Of a stretch of DNA of 64,000 nucleotides, positions 44,812-54,826 are shown piece after piece. The translations under genes were made by a program, and so were the position numbers. The notes under the pieces were generated by a model, which saw nothing but the letters and a program-made list of their open reading frames with translations, was not told the origin of the DNA and ran no database searches. Within the stretch, counting starts at the first letter, position 1. The number at the start of each line of letters is the position of its first letter. This DNA comes from Patescibacteria group bacterium (GTDB lineage: Bacteria; Patescibacteriota; Patescibacteriia; JAXHNJ01), in the NCBI GenBank assembly GCA_034520665.1, contig JAXHNJ010000001.1, positions 130,579 through 194,578 of the forward strand, read 5' to 3'.

Positions 44812-45414
44812 ATGTCCCTTAAAACTATAAATATTGAAAATCACGCTTACTTTGTCACCAGTAAGGTTTATTATAATCTAGAAATATTTGTTTATAATAA
44901 ATTTTGCCAAATGCTAATTAATAATTTTAAATTTTACAGAAAAGCCAAAAATTTTAAGCTATTAGGCTATGTTATTATGCCTAATCATTTACACACAATT
45001 ATTTGGCCACAGGGTAAAAATTCTATATCGGACATTATGCGCGATTTTAAAGAATTTACCGCTAAACAGATTATTAAATCTCTAAATCACCGAGAAGCTC
45101 TGGCCCCTAGGCCTGAGCTTAGTAAATATATAGCCAGAACCGGTCTGGGGACCGGTTCTTCTCCTAGTAAAATATTGAAATGTTTTAAAAAGGGAGCCAA
45201 AAATATTAATAATCAAAATTACAAAGTCTGGCAAAGCCGCAACTGGATAGAAAATATTTTTTCTATAAAATTTTTAAAACAAAAACTTAATTACATCCAC
45301 AATAACCCTGTTCGGGCCAAACTGGTTAAAAAACCTGAAGATTATAAATATTCAAGTTTTAAAAATTATTACCGGGATGAGAATAAGTTAATTAAGATTG
45401 ATAAAATATTATAA
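44812..45414 (+). CDS. REP-associated tyrosine transposase (RAYT/IS200-like) with an internal GC-rich hairpin-containing segment
   Basis: HuH motif IMPNHLHTII. C-terminal WQSRNWIENIFSIKFLKQKLNYIHNNPVRAKLV. The internal agaaccggtctggggaccggttct and gctctggcccctaggcctgagc hairpins lie within the coding sequence. Confidence 0.7.
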   Translation: MSLKTINIENHAYFVTSKVYYNLEIFVYNKFCQMLINNFKFYRKAKNFKLLGYVIMPNHLHTIIWPQGKNSISDIMRDFKEFTAKQIIKSLNHREALAPRPELSKYIARTGLGTGSSPSKILKCFKKGAKNINNQNYKVWQSRNWIENIFSIKFLKQKLNYIHNNPVRAKLVKKPEDYKYSSFKNYYRDENKLIKIDKIL

Positions 45415-45417
45415 TTT

Positions 45418-46695
45418 ATGACTGATTTATTTGACCACAAATTAGATAAAGAACTAAAAAAAGAAGCGCCTTTGGCTGACCGGCTGCGTCCTCAAAATTT
45501 TAATGATTTTCAGGGTCAAGAAAAGATTGTTGGTCAGGGAAAAATACTGAGAAAAGCTATTGAAAACGACGAATTATTTTCTATAATTTTGTGGGGCCCG
45601 CCGGGCAGCGGTAAAACTACTTTAGCCCGGATTATTGCTAACTTGACTAAAAGCTCTTTTGTCCAGCTCTCAGCCGTTACTTCCGGCAAAAAAGATTTGA
45701 TTAAAGTGATTGAAAAGGCTAGAGAAAAAAGAAAATTAAAAAGCCAGAGAACTATTTTGTTTGTTGATGAGATTCACCGTTGGAACAAGGCCCAACAGGA
45801 CGCGCTTTTGCCTTATGTAGAAAAGGGTATTATTGTTTTTATTGGCGCCACTACGGAAAACCCTTCTTTTGAAATAATTGCCCCGCTTTTGTCGCGCTCT
45901 CGGGTTTTTGTTTTAGAAAGTTTAGGCGAGGATGATTTGGGCCGAATTATTAAGCAAGCTCTTAAAGATAAAGAAGTGGGTTTAGGAAATTACCAGGTTA
46001 AGCTAGGTAAAAAAGCACTAGGCTTGCTGTTATCAGGAGCTAATGGAGACGCCCGAGCGGCTCTCAACGCCTTAGAACTAGCGGTTAAGGCGGTTGACCC
46101 CGACCAGGAAGGCTTTCGGCATATTAAAGAAAAAGATGTCAGAGAAGCCCTGCAATACGAAGCGGTTTATTTTGATAAAAAAGGTGAGCAATATTATAAT
46201 ATTATCTCGGCTTTTATTAAATCCATGCGGGGTTCTGATCCGGACGCTGCTCTTTATTGGCTGGCTCGGATGGTTGAGGCCGGACAAGATCCATTATATA
46301 TTGCCCGGCGTATGGTTATTTTTGCTTCGGAAGATATCTCTTTGGCTGATAAAAACGCCCTATCTTTGGCGGTTAGCTGTTTTCAAGCCTGTCACCAGAT
46401 TGGTTGGCCTGAATGCCAGATAAATCTGGCCCATGTAGCAGTTTACTTGGCCTTGGCTCCCAAGGATAATTCTACTTATCAGGGCTTATTAAAAGCCAAA
46501 AAAGAGGTTAAAAAAACCATGAATGAGCCAGTATCCTTGCCTTTGCGCAACGCGGTCACTGGTTTAATGAAAGACCTAGGCTATGGTCAAGATTATAAAT
46601 ATTCTCATGATTATGATAAGGAAGAAGGCGAGCAAGATTACTTACCCCAGAAATTAAAAAATAAAAAATTCTTTAATAAAAAGAAAGATAATTAA
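45418..46695 (+). CDS. rarA: Replication-associated recombination protein A (AAA+ ATPase, MgsA/WRNIP1 family)
   Basis: LADRLRPQNFNDFQGQEKIVG...ILWGPPGSGKTTLARIIA (Walker A), LFVDEIHRWNKAQQD (Walker B). The C-terminal MgsA helical domain is present. Confidence 0.9.
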   Translation: MTDLFDHKLDKELKKEAPLADRLRPQNFNDFQGQEKIVGQGKILRKAIENDELFSIILWGPPGSGKTTLARIIANLTKSSFVQLSAVTSGKKDLIKVIEKAREKRKLKSQRTILFVDEIHRWNKAQQDALLPYVEKGIIVFIGATTENPSFEIIAPLLSRSRVFVLESLGEDDLGRIIKQALKDKEVGLGNYQVKLGKKALGLLLSGANGDARAALNALELAVKAVDPDQEGFRHIKEKDVREALQYEAVYFDKKGEQYYNIISAFIKSMRGSDPDAALYWLARMVEAGQDPLYIARRMVIFASEDISLADKNALSLAVSCFQACHQIGWPECQINLAHVAVYLALAPKDNSTYQGLLKAKKEVKKTMNEPVSLPLRNAVTGLMKDLGYGQDYKYSHDYDKEEGEQDYLPQKLKNKKFFNKKKDN

Positions 46696-46763
46696 AATGG
46701 AAATTGAAGTCAAGGCTAAAGTAAAAGATTTTAAAAAAAAGTATAAAAATTAATTATAAAAAT

Positions 46764-47663
46764 ATGAGCAAATTTGAAGAAAAAGGTTATAATCCGGAAA
46801 AAGGGTCTGAAGTTAACAAAGAAAAAGAGAGAGAAAGGATTATTCCTATTATTAATATTGTTAGACATGGCCAAACTGATTATAAGGAATTAAAAAATCC
46901 TGATTTTAAATTTGATCCTGAAGATCCTGATTTTAAACTTGACCCAGAATGCCTTGATTTAAATCAAACAGGAATAAAAGAAATTGAGCAAGTTGGAGAT
47001 AAATTAGCTAATGAGATTGATAAAGATAAGGAAGTAGTAATTATTATCACTAGTCCTAATTATCGGGCGCATTCTTCCGCTTTAGTTTTAGAGGAAAGGC
47101 TTAAAGAAAGAGGGATAACAATTCTTGACTCCAGAGCTAAATTGCATCCAGGTAAGACTATAAGAAAGGCTGATAATTTACAGCAGATAAAGTATAGAAA
47201 AGATATAGATAAAAATATATGGATAAAAAAACACCAGGCCTTTATAGAAGAAAAGCTAGAGGAATTTAAGGATAAATCCCCAGATGAGGTTCATCCAAAA
47301 GTAGCTAAAGAATTAGGAGGAGAATTAAAAGATTGGTTTGATGAAGATTATGGTGATATTAAGCATAGGTTTCAGACTTTTTTGCGGCACATGAATAATA
47401 TAGACTATTATTTAACTGATGAAACTAAACAAAATTTAAAGGATAAAAAAATAAGAATAATTAATATTACACACGAGGAATTGCCGGCTAAATTTATTAA
47501 AGAATCGCTTGGTTCAAAATCCACTTTAAAAAAAGGACAAATAATGGAGATTCAATCGCAAAATACTGCAGATTTGGGGGAAGAAGTTGAAGCTAATGTT
47601 AAGCTGTATTCAAAAGAAAAGGAGGAAATAGAAAAAGAAAATAATATTAAAATATATTTTTAG
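46764..47663 (+). CDS. Histidine phosphatase superfamily protein (phosphoglycerate-mutase-like fold)
   Basis: IINIVRHGQTDYKE is the RHG catalytic motif near the N-terminus. Confidence 0.55.
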   Translation: MSKFEEKGYNPEKGSEVNKEKERERIIPIINIVRHGQTDYKELKNPDFKFDPEDPDFKLDPECLDLNQTGIKEIEQVGDKLANEIDKDKEVVIIITSPNYRAHSSALVLEERLKERGITILDSRAKLHPGKTIRKADNLQQIKYRKDIDKNIWIKKHQAFIEEKLEEFKDKSPDEVHPKVAKELGGELKDWFDEDYGDIKHRFQTFLRHMNNIDYYLTDETKQNLKDKKIRIINITHEELPAKFIKESLGSKSTLKKGQIMEIQSQNTADLGEEVEANVKLYSKEKEEIEKENNIKIYF

Positions 47664-47699
47664 GTTGAAAAGGAATAAATATAATTTTTAACGTTTTCT

Positions 47700-48653
47700 A
47701 TGCTTAGCAAAATTTTTTTTGAAACTCTTTGCCAGAAATATAATTTAGGTATCTTAAAAAGATATTCCAGGATACCTTTAGGTTTAATTAATGCCAAGTA
47801 TTTACTTGAGACTAACAAGGGTAAATATGTTGTTCGTATTTCTGTGCGTTCAGCTAAACAACTTGCTTTTGAAATAGCCTTGTTAAATCATGTAAAATCG
47901 CTTCCAGTTCCTCAACTTAAATTTGATAAACAGGAAAATTTTATTAATTTTTATAAAAGAAAACCTTTTATCGTTTATAAATATATTGAAGGAGGTAACC
48001 CAAAGAAAATTACTACTAATTTAATTAAACAAATTGCCAGATTTCAAGCTTGTTTTCATAAATTAGGTTTTTCTTTTAAGAAAAATATAGATCGTGAACC
48101 TTATACTTATAATTTACCTCCAGCAAAAATTAAGAGAATGGAGAAAATGATTATTAAGAAAACGCCAAAAATTTATTATAAAAAATATTTTGTAATCCGT
48201 AATATTTTATTAAATATTAAATTACCTAAGAATTTACCTAGTGGTCCAATACATGTAGATATTAAACCGGAAAATACTTTAATTAAAAATAACAAATTAT
48301 CAGGAATTTTGGATTTTGATAATTCTTATATAGGACCCTATTTAATTGATATTGGTAAGACTTTAACTTGGTATTGTATTAAAAATAAAAAAATAAACTG
48401 GAGTTATGTTAAACTATTCTTAAAAGAGTATAGTAAATATCGTAGCTTTGAAAATTGTGAAAAAAATAATATAGAAGATATTATCAAGCATGCTATAGCC
48501 AGTCATATTTTTATTGATTATTATAAATTGACTCGAAATATTATCCCCCTTAGTTACTTAAAAATGCTATTAAAAGAATTTTATCCAGTTTTAGAAGTTA
48601 TTAATAATATTGAAAAGAAGAAGGCGAGCAAGATTACTTACCCCAGAAATTAA
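47700..48653 (+). CDS. Phosphotransferase enzyme family protein (APH/HSK2-like kinase fold)
   Basis: GPIHVDIKPENTLI...GILDFDNSYIG matches the HxDxxxxN catalytic loop and DFD metal-binding motif. Confidence 0.55.
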   Translation: MLSKIFFETLCQKYNLGILKRYSRIPLGLINAKYLLETNKGKYVVRISVRSAKQLAFEIALLNHVKSLPVPQLKFDKQENFINFYKRKPFIVYKYIEGGNPKKITTNLIKQIARFQACFHKLGFSFKKNIDREPYTYNLPPAKIKRMEKMIIKKTPKIYYKKYFVIRNILLNIKLPKNLPSGPIHVDIKPENTLIKNNKLSGILDFDNSYIGPYLIDIGKTLTWYCIKNKKINWSYVKLFLKEYSKYRSFENCEKNNIEDIIKHAIASHIFIDYYKLTRNIIPLSYLKMLLKEFYPVLEVINNIEKKKASKITYPRN

Positions 48654-48759
48654 AAAACAAAAAATTCTTTAAGAAAAAGAAAGATAATTAAAATAAAAAA
48701 CAGAAGTCAGTGATAAAAAAAGGATACAAAATATATTAAAAAAGTTAAAATTTAAAAAA

Positions 48760-49005
48760 GTGGTTACTGTAGAAAAAAATAGGCAGACCTATAAATATAA
48801 AAGTGTTAAAATTGTTCTTGATAAAGTTAAAAATTTGGGTAATTTTATTGAGGCGGAATTATTAGGCCGGCCCAGCCGAAAGAATAAAGATAAAGTATTA
48901 AAAATAATTGATGAGCTAAAAATTCCCCGAGAAAATATTATTTGGGATTTACGCTACCACGCTATGTTGATGAAAAAGAAAGGTTATAAAAACTATTATT
49001 TTTAA
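48760..49005 (+). CDS. Short ORF resembling the C-terminal half of a CYTH-domain protein (possible gene fragment)
   Basis: ...KSVKIVLDKVKNLGNFIEAELLG... resembles the CYTH beta-barrel closing strands. It is only 81 aa and the N-terminal EXEXK region is absent. Confidence 0.3.
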   Translation: MVTVEKNRQTYKYKSVKIVLDKVKNLGNFIEAELLGRPSRKNKDKVLKIIDELKIPRENIIWDLRYHAMLMKKKGYKNYYF

Positions 49006-49014
49006 ATAAAAAAA

Positions 49015-49058
49015 GGTGGTGTTTCAAGACGGAGGTTGGTATCTTGAAACACCACTGG
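49015..49058. terminator. 14-bp perfect-stem hairpin right after the 49005 stop (ggtggtgtttcaaga-12 nt-tcttgaaacaccac); A-tract before it, no T-tract after
   Basis: Inverted repeat seen directly. The orientation of any terminator function is ambiguous. Confidence 0.35.
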
Positions 49059-49204
49059 TTAGCCTAACAGACGCGGGATCTGTTATAATAAGTAGGTAAA
49101 ATAACGTCTGTATGCCCCACTTGAGGGAACAAATGATCAAAGGAAAAAGTTCATACTTTTCCCTTAATTACATTATATAATAGCTAAAATAATTAATCAA
49201 ATAT

Positions 49205-49399
49205 ATGGAATGTCAAATAAACAAAAATTTAAAAAATTGTCCCTGTACTTACCCGGGTTGTCCCAGGAAGGGCAAGTGCTGTGAATGTATTAGTCATCAT
49301 CGCCAAAGAGGGGAGCTGCCGGGTTGTTATTTTTCAGCTGAAGATGAAAAAACTTATGACAGGAGTATAGAAAGGTTTATAAATTCATACAATAAATAA
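49205..49399 (+). CDS. Small Cys-rich protein (C-x-C, C-x5-CC-x-C, ...C pattern), conserved-hypothetical type
   Basis: MECQINKNLKNCPCTYPGCPRKGKCCECISHHRQRGELPGCYF; 64 aa with 8 Cys. Confidence 0.55.
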   Translation: MECQINKNLKNCPCTYPGCPRKGKCCECISHHRQRGELPGCYFSAEDEKTYDRSIERFINSYNK

Positions 49400-49453
49400 T
49401 TTATAAATAAATTTTTCGTGTAATAGATTTTATTTTTTATAATAATCTTTAAA

Positions 49454-50014
49454 ATGTCAGATTTTAAACCTAAATTATTGCTTCATGCCTGCTGTGCTCC
49501 TTGCGCCGCTTATGTTATAGAAAAATTAAATAAAGAATTTGATTTAACAGTTTTTATTTATAATCCGAATATTCACCCTGAGGAAGAATATTTAAAAAGA
49601 GTCGATGAATTGATTAGGTACTGTCAAAAATATCAGATAGATTATATCGAGTATTTTTATGACCAGGAAAACTGGTTTAAAGTGACCAGGGGACTAGAAA
49701 ACGAACCCGAAGGAGGAAAAAGATGTGAGGTTTGTTTTTGGTATCGTTTGGATAAAACGGCTAATTATGCTGATTCTCATGATTATGATTTTTTTGCGAC
49801 CACGCTTTCAATTTCTCCACATAAAAATTCAAAGATTATTAATAAGACCGGTGAAAAATTATCGGATGAATACGGGGTGAGATTTCTCTCAGAGGATTTT
49901 AAAAAGAACGAGGGCTATAAAAAATCTTGTCAATTGTCAAAAAGGCATAATTTTTATCGGCAAAATTATTGCGGCTGTATTTATAGTCTAAAAGAGAGAG
50001 GACTTGAAGAATAA
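49454..50014 (+). CDS. queH: Epoxyqueuosine reductase QueH (DUF208)
   Basis: KLLLHACCAPCAAY N-terminal signature, ...RCEVCFWYRL..., C-terminal YCGCIYS. Confidence 0.8.
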   Translation: MSDFKPKLLLHACCAPCAAYVIEKLNKEFDLTVFIYNPNIHPEEEYLKRVDELIRYCQKYQIDYIEYFYDQENWFKVTRGLENEPEGGKRCEVCFWYRLDKTANYADSHDYDFFATTLSISPHKNSKIINKTGEKLSDEYGVRFLSEDFKKNEGYKKSCQLSKRHNFYRQNYCGCIYSLKERGLEE

Positions 50015-50061
50015 GGTTATATTTGCTATTATTTTTATAGAAAATGATTAAATAAATTTAT

Positions 50062-50394
50062 ATGAACCAAGAAAAATGGCAGGAAATAAAAGGGAGGATT
50101 TTGGATGAATTTGAGGTACTGGAAGAAAATAAGGAAGATTTAGGTGATGACCGGCCCGGAGAAAAAGAAATTATAATATTTAAAGGGCCTTTGGGCCGGA
50201 TGAAGCTGGAATTTATCACACATCCAGTGGTTTTAGATAAAAAAGGCATCGGCTCGAAAAGAATTGGCAGCCAGGCCAGAGTGGAGTATATTTATTCAGA
50301 TGACGAATTTGTCCATACTATGAAAGCTTATAAATGGAGTGAAGAAAATGATGATTGGCTGGAAATGGAAGGCAAGGATAGTTTTAAAATTTAA
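50062..50394 (+). CDS. Hypothetical acidic protein
   Basis: 110-aa ORF. The overlapping minus-strand ORF 50058..50249 is rejected. Confidence 0.4.
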   Translation: MNQEKWQEIKGRILDEFEVLEENKEDLGDDRPGEKEIIIFKGPLGRMKLEFITHPVVLDKKGIGSKRIGSQARVEYIYSDDEFVHTMKAYKWSEENDDWLEMEGKDSFKI

Positions 50395-50403
50395 TATAAA
50401 CCC

Positions 50404-50727
50404 ATGCAGAAAAAAAGCATTAAAGTTGGTTTATTAACCGGCTTTTTAGAAGTAATTTATATTACTTTAGTAGCTCTTTTTCTCTGGGGTGGCAGCAGTT
50501 GGTTTAATAAAAGCAATAATGTTCTGATATCTATTATCATGCTTTTAATTTTTGTCATTAGTATGGCTGTCTCCGGCTTTTTAGTTTTTGGTTATCCGGT
50601 TTATCTTTTTTTGAAAAAGAAAGATTTTAAAGAAGCCGCTCTAACCAGCGCTCTGAGTGTTTTAGTGATAGTTATTTCTTTAATCTTATTTTTATCAATA
50701 TATTTTTTAAATTATTCTAGTTGTTAA
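50404..50727 (+). CDS. Hypothetical membrane protein (3 TM helices)
   Basis: Hydrophobic 107 aa. Confidence 0.4.
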   Translation: MQKKSIKVGLLTGFLEVIYITLVALFLWGGSSWFNKSNNVLISIIMLLIFVISMAVSGFLVFGYPVYLFLKKKDFKEAALTSALSVLVIVISLILFLSIYFLNYSSC

Positions 50728-50745
50728 TTATTAAATTTTAAAAAA

Positions 50746-51516
50746 ATGAAAAAAACAATTATTATTTTCAGCCTAGTGCTGATTTTAACGCCGCTCGTAG
50801 CCAAAGGGCAAACTCTTAACCTTTCTGAGTTAATTGATGAAATAGGCGATGTGACTGGTGAAAACCTTGGGCTTTTGCCAGACTCTTTCTTTTATCCGGT
50901 TAAAACCTGGTGGGAAGAGGTAAGACTTTTCTTTGCCTTCAGTGACGAAAAAAAGGCTGATCTGGAGCTGAATTTTGCCAACCGAAGGTTATTGGAGTTA
51001 AAAAAACTTTGTGAAGAAAAAGATAAGTGTGATCTGGCTGAAAAACTGGTGCCTAAATTCCAAAACCGCCTTGAAAGATCAATACAAAAACTGGAAAAAG
51101 CCAGTGAAAAAGGAAAAGACTTGGAAGAAATGGCAGAGAAATTAAAAGAAAATCAGGAAAAACAACAGGCTGTACTGGAATCACTTTACGATAAAGTGCC
51201 GGAACAAGCTAAGGAAAATATTTTAGAGGCCATGGAAAAATCGTCTAAGGGACTTTCTAATGCCATTGAGAAAGTTCAAAATTCAGAAGAAGCCGAACAG
51301 TTTGAGAACAATATTCGCAATCAGGCAGAGAACTATGGTGAAGAGGTAAAATTAAAAATTAAAGAAAGATTAAATTTTAATAAAGATGAAGAAACAAAAA
51401 ATACAAAGGCTAACCAAAATCAAAATATGAATCAAAATCAGAACATGAACCAGAATCAAAATATGAATGTAAATAGCCCGGGTCAGGCTGAAGCTAATCA
51501 AGCTGGACAAAATTAA
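50746..51516 (+). CDS. Hypothetical secreted coiled-coil protein with a C-terminal NQNMNQNQNM low-complexity repeat
   Basis: Signal peptide MKKTIIIFSLVLILTPLVAKG, an E/K-rich middle, then (NQNMNQNQ)x3. Confidence 0.5.
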   Translation: MKKTIIIFSLVLILTPLVAKGQTLNLSELIDEIGDVTGENLGLLPDSFFYPVKTWWEEVRLFFAFSDEKKADLELNFANRRLLELKKLCEEKDKCDLAEKLVPKFQNRLERSIQKLEKASEKGKDLEEMAEKLKENQEKQQAVLESLYDKVPEQAKENILEAMEKSSKGLSNAIEKVQNSEEAEQFENNIRNQAENYGEEVKLKIKERLNFNKDEETKNTKANQNQNMNQNQNMNQNQNMNVNSPGQAEANQAGQN

Positions 51517-51567
51517 TATATACAAAAAAAGAACTGGTCGGATAAATCAGTTCTTTTTTTTATTAAT

Positions 51568-51960
51568 CTATTTTATAACAAAGTCAAAAATAATGCCGAG
51601 AATAAAGGCCAGGCCAGACAAAGCAAAAATAGCATAATAATTATATTTAGCTTTGCTGGAAGAAAGAGTTTTAAAAATGTAGCGCATAATGGCTTTATCT
51701 TTTTCTGAAAGCTCTTTGACTTGATCGACTTTTTGCACCATATTATTATCCTCAATCAAGCGGTCTCTTTTTTCAGCAATCTGGTAGCGGTGAATAAAAT
51801 AAATAACAAAACCAATAGTGCCGATATACCAGGAAATTTTAACCCAGAAAGAAGAGTAGAAATTAAGAATAATAATAATGCGGTAAGCTACGGTGGCCAC
51901 TATACCGGTCCAGAAATAAAACTCGCGCATAAATTTAGGGCTGGCTTTTGGTTGTTTCAT
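51568..51960 (-). CDS. Hypothetical membrane protein (two TM helices flanking a charged helix)
   Basis: 130-aa ORF. Reading-frame overlaps 51573..51755 (-) and 51721..51975 (+) are rejected. Confidence 0.45.
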   Translation of the reverse strand: MKQPKASPKFMREFYFWTGIVATVAYRIIIILNFYSSFWVKISWYIGTIGFVIYFIHRYQIAEKRDRLIEDNNMVQKVDQVKELSEKDKAIMRYIFKTLSSSKAKYNYYAIFALSGLAFILGIIFDFVIK

Positions 51961-51966
51961 ATATTT

Positions 51967-54675
51967 TTACCATGAAAGACATTTTTTTATAAAACGATTT
52001 CCTTTTCTTAAAAGTTTTTTTCTTAATTCATCACCAATAAATATGACTAGAGCAAAAGGCAGACTGATGATAAGAATTCTAAATTCAACCGACGTAGTAC
52101 CAAAAAGTTTATTAGCCGGCGGGAAATAAAGAATAATACTTATTAGAATTATTTCAGATAAAATTCCCAGTAAAACTACTTTGTTGGTAAAAAAACCTTT
52201 TTTAAAGATAGATTCTTTTTTGGTGCGGCATATCATAACATTAGCAATCTGGCAAATAATGATAGGAGCAAAAAAAGCACTAACGGCCTTGATGTATAAA
52301 GGGTCATTAATAGCTAGTTCCTGACCCCATTGCCAGCCACCTGTATAGAGAACATAAAAGTAAGTAGTAAAGCCAGCAGCCGCTTCAATTGGACCAACAA
52401 TACCGTAAGAGCGGAAAAGCATTTTCCAGGTCATCAAGGGTTCTTTTCTTGAGCGAGGTTTTCTTTTCATAATGTCATCTTCTGGCTCTTCATAACCAAT
52501 ACCAAGCGCTGGTATAAGATCTGTGCCTAAATCAATGGATAAAATTAAGATTACGGTTAAAGGCAAAGGAATACCTAAAATGGCAAAAGCAATAAAAGGC
52601 AGGATTTCAGGGATATTACTGGTTAAAATATAAACGATAAATTTTTTAATATTATCATAAATTGTACGGCCCTGCTCAATAGCTGATACAATAGTAGCGA
52701 AATTATCATCCATTAAAACCATATTACTAGCTTCTTTAGCCACGTCAGTACCAATAATCCCCATACTAACCCCAATATCAGCATTTTTAAGGGCTGGGGC
52801 ATCATTAACTCCGTCTCCGGTTACTGCTACGGTGTGTCCCATTGATTTTAAAGTTTTAACTATTCTCAATTTTTGAAAAGGATTGGTACGAGCAAAAATG
52901 ATATTATTTTTGCTCAAAACATCTTTTAAAGCGTCTTTATTCATTTTAATTAAATCTTTTCCGGTTATTACAATATCGTTATTTTTGTCTTTGATTATTC
53001 CAACCTGTTTAGCTATAGATTCAGCTGTTTGAGCCGCATCACCAGTTATCATAATAACTTTGATTCCGGCTTGTCGGCATTTTTTTATAGCCGCTTTTAC
53101 TTCTTGGCGTGGAGGATCATACATGCCGATTAAAGAAGTAAAAATAAAATTCTTAGATGGTTTATCATTTTTTATATCACTATAAGCCAAAGCAATTATT
53201 CTTTCACCACGAGAAGCTAATTTATTGTAATATTCAGTAACTTTATCTTTTTCGTTTTTGGTAAATTTTTTGACTTTACCTTTGACTAAAATACGGTTAC
53301 ACATTTTTATAACTACTTCAGGAGCTCCTTTAAGATAAGCGCTTTGTTTACTATCTGATTTTGAAAAATAAGTAGTAATCATTCTCTTTTTTTTGGAATC
53401 AAATGGTGATTCATTAATTCTTTTATTTTTATAATATATTTTAGTAATATTTGTGTTTTGGTAAGCAAATAAGAGCAAGGCTCCATCAGTAGGGTCGCCT
53501 TTATAGGTTTTACAATCAGAATTTAAACGAGAATTATTACACAAGGTGGATATTTTTAATATCTTATTCAGGCCAGCTTCATCTTTATAATCGTTTCCAC
53601 GGCAATCAAATTCTTCAAAGTTAAAATAAAGTGTTTTTACAGACATTTTATTTTCTGTTAAGGTACCTGTTTTGTCAGTGCAAATAGCAGTAGTTGAGCC
53701 TAAAGTTTCTACTGATTCCAAGTCTTTAACTAAGGCTTTTTTCTTAGCCATTTTTTTTGAAGTAACACTTAAACCCAAAGTAACAGTGGGTAAAAGTCCT
53801 TCAGGCACATTAGCTACAATAATACCAATAGCAAAAATTAAACTACCCATAAGGTGCTTGCCCATAACTATACTGATTATACCAAAAATTACTCCGAGAA
53901 AAATTGCAATAACAGAAATTATTTTTATAAAATGATTAAGCTGTTTTCTGATAGGCGTTTCTCCAAATTTTGTGGTTTTACTTAAGTCAGCAATACGGCC
54001 AATTTGGGTAGTCATGCCAGTTTCATAAACTATGGCTTTAGCTGTACCGGTTTGCACCAAAGTTCCGGAAAAAATCATATTACGAGATTCTAAAATATTT
54101 TCACTAGTACATGCCAGTTTTCTTAATTGTGGTTCTGACTCGCCAGTTAGAGCGGAATGGTTAACTTTTAAACCGTAGAATTCAATAATACGGGCATCAG
54201 CCGGAATTTTATCACCTTCTTTTAGAGATATAATATCTCCTGGAACTAATTGGTCAGCGGTAATTTCTTTTTTACTATTATTTCTGATAACATCTATATG
54301 GGTGGGTAGCATATCAATAAAACTTTCCATTATTTTTTCGGCTTTGTGCTCCTGATAGTATGAAAAAAAGGCGTTGAGAATAACAACACCGATTAGGGCT
54401 ATGCCAATATATAGATTTCCTTCGCCGGGATAGATAGATTCACTTATAAAAGCTAAAATAGAGCCGATCCAAAGAAGTATAGCAAAAAAATTAAAAAGGT
54501 GTTTAAGAAATTTTATAATTTCCGGTACGCCTTTTTTTAATTCTAATATATTTGACCCGTATCTTTTTAATCTTTTATTAGCTTCTTTTTCAGTGAGGCC
54601 TTTTTCAGAAGTTTTTAAGCGTTTATATAGTTCTTCTATTTTTATTTTGTGCTCATCTCTTTTTCTTTTATCCAT
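51967..54675 (-). CDS. P-type cation-transporting ATPase (type IIA-like, Ca2+/Mg2+)
   Basis: ICTDKTGTLTENKM (phosphorylation site DKTGT), TGDGVNDAPALK (hinge), MITGD, PEGL-type TM4. 902 aa with 10 TM helices. Confidence 0.9.
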   Translation of the reverse strand: MDKRKRDEHKIKIEELYKRLKTSEKGLTEKEANKRLKRYGSNILELKKGVPEIIKFLKHLFNFFAILLWIGSILAFISESIYPGEGNLYIGIALIGVVILNAFFSYYQEHKAEKIMESFIDMLPTHIDVIRNNSKKEITADQLVPGDIISLKEGDKIPADARIIEFYGLKVNHSALTGESEPQLRKLACTSENILESRNMIFSGTLVQTGTAKAIVYETGMTTQIGRIADLSKTTKFGETPIRKQLNHFIKIISVIAIFLGVIFGIISIVMGKHLMGSLIFAIGIIVANVPEGLLPTVTLGLSVTSKKMAKKKALVKDLESVETLGSTTAICTDKTGTLTENKMSVKTLYFNFEEFDCRGNDYKDEAGLNKILKISTLCNNSRLNSDCKTYKGDPTDGALLLFAYQNTNITKIYYKNKRINESPFDSKKKRMITTYFSKSDSKQSAYLKGAPEVVIKMCNRILVKGKVKKFTKNEKDKVTEYYNKLASRGERIIALAYSDIKNDKPSKNFIFTSLIGMYDPPRQEVKAAIKKCRQAGIKVIMITGDAAQTAESIAKQVGIIKDKNNDIVITGKDLIKMNKDALKDVLSKNNIIFARTNPFQKLRIVKTLKSMGHTVAVTGDGVNDAPALKNADIGVSMGIIGTDVAKEASNMVLMDDNFATIVSAIEQGRTIYDNIKKFIVYILTSNIPEILPFIAFAILGIPLPLTVILILSIDLGTDLIPALGIGYEEPEDDIMKRKPRSRKEPLMTWKMLFRSYGIVGPIEAAAGFTTYFYVLYTGGWQWGQELAINDPLYIKAVSAFFAPIIICQIANVMICRTKKESIFKKGFFTNKVVLLGILSEIILISIILYFPPANKLFGTTSVEFRILIISLPFALVIFIGDELRKKLLRKGNRFIKKCLSW

Positions 54676-54826
54676 ATATAAATAATACTAAAAAGTTTAA
54701 AATTAGGCAAATTTTATTAGTTTTTTCTTTTAAATTGTTTTATAATTAAATAGAAACTTAATCAATATTTGTGATTAGTCATATAATTCAAATCTCAACT
54801 TACTAATTATCAATCACCTAAAGAAA

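Noticed and set aside
46078-46423. ORFs 46078..46287(-) and 46094..46423(+) within rarA
   Set aside because: They are nested within the confidently identified RarA gene in other frames.
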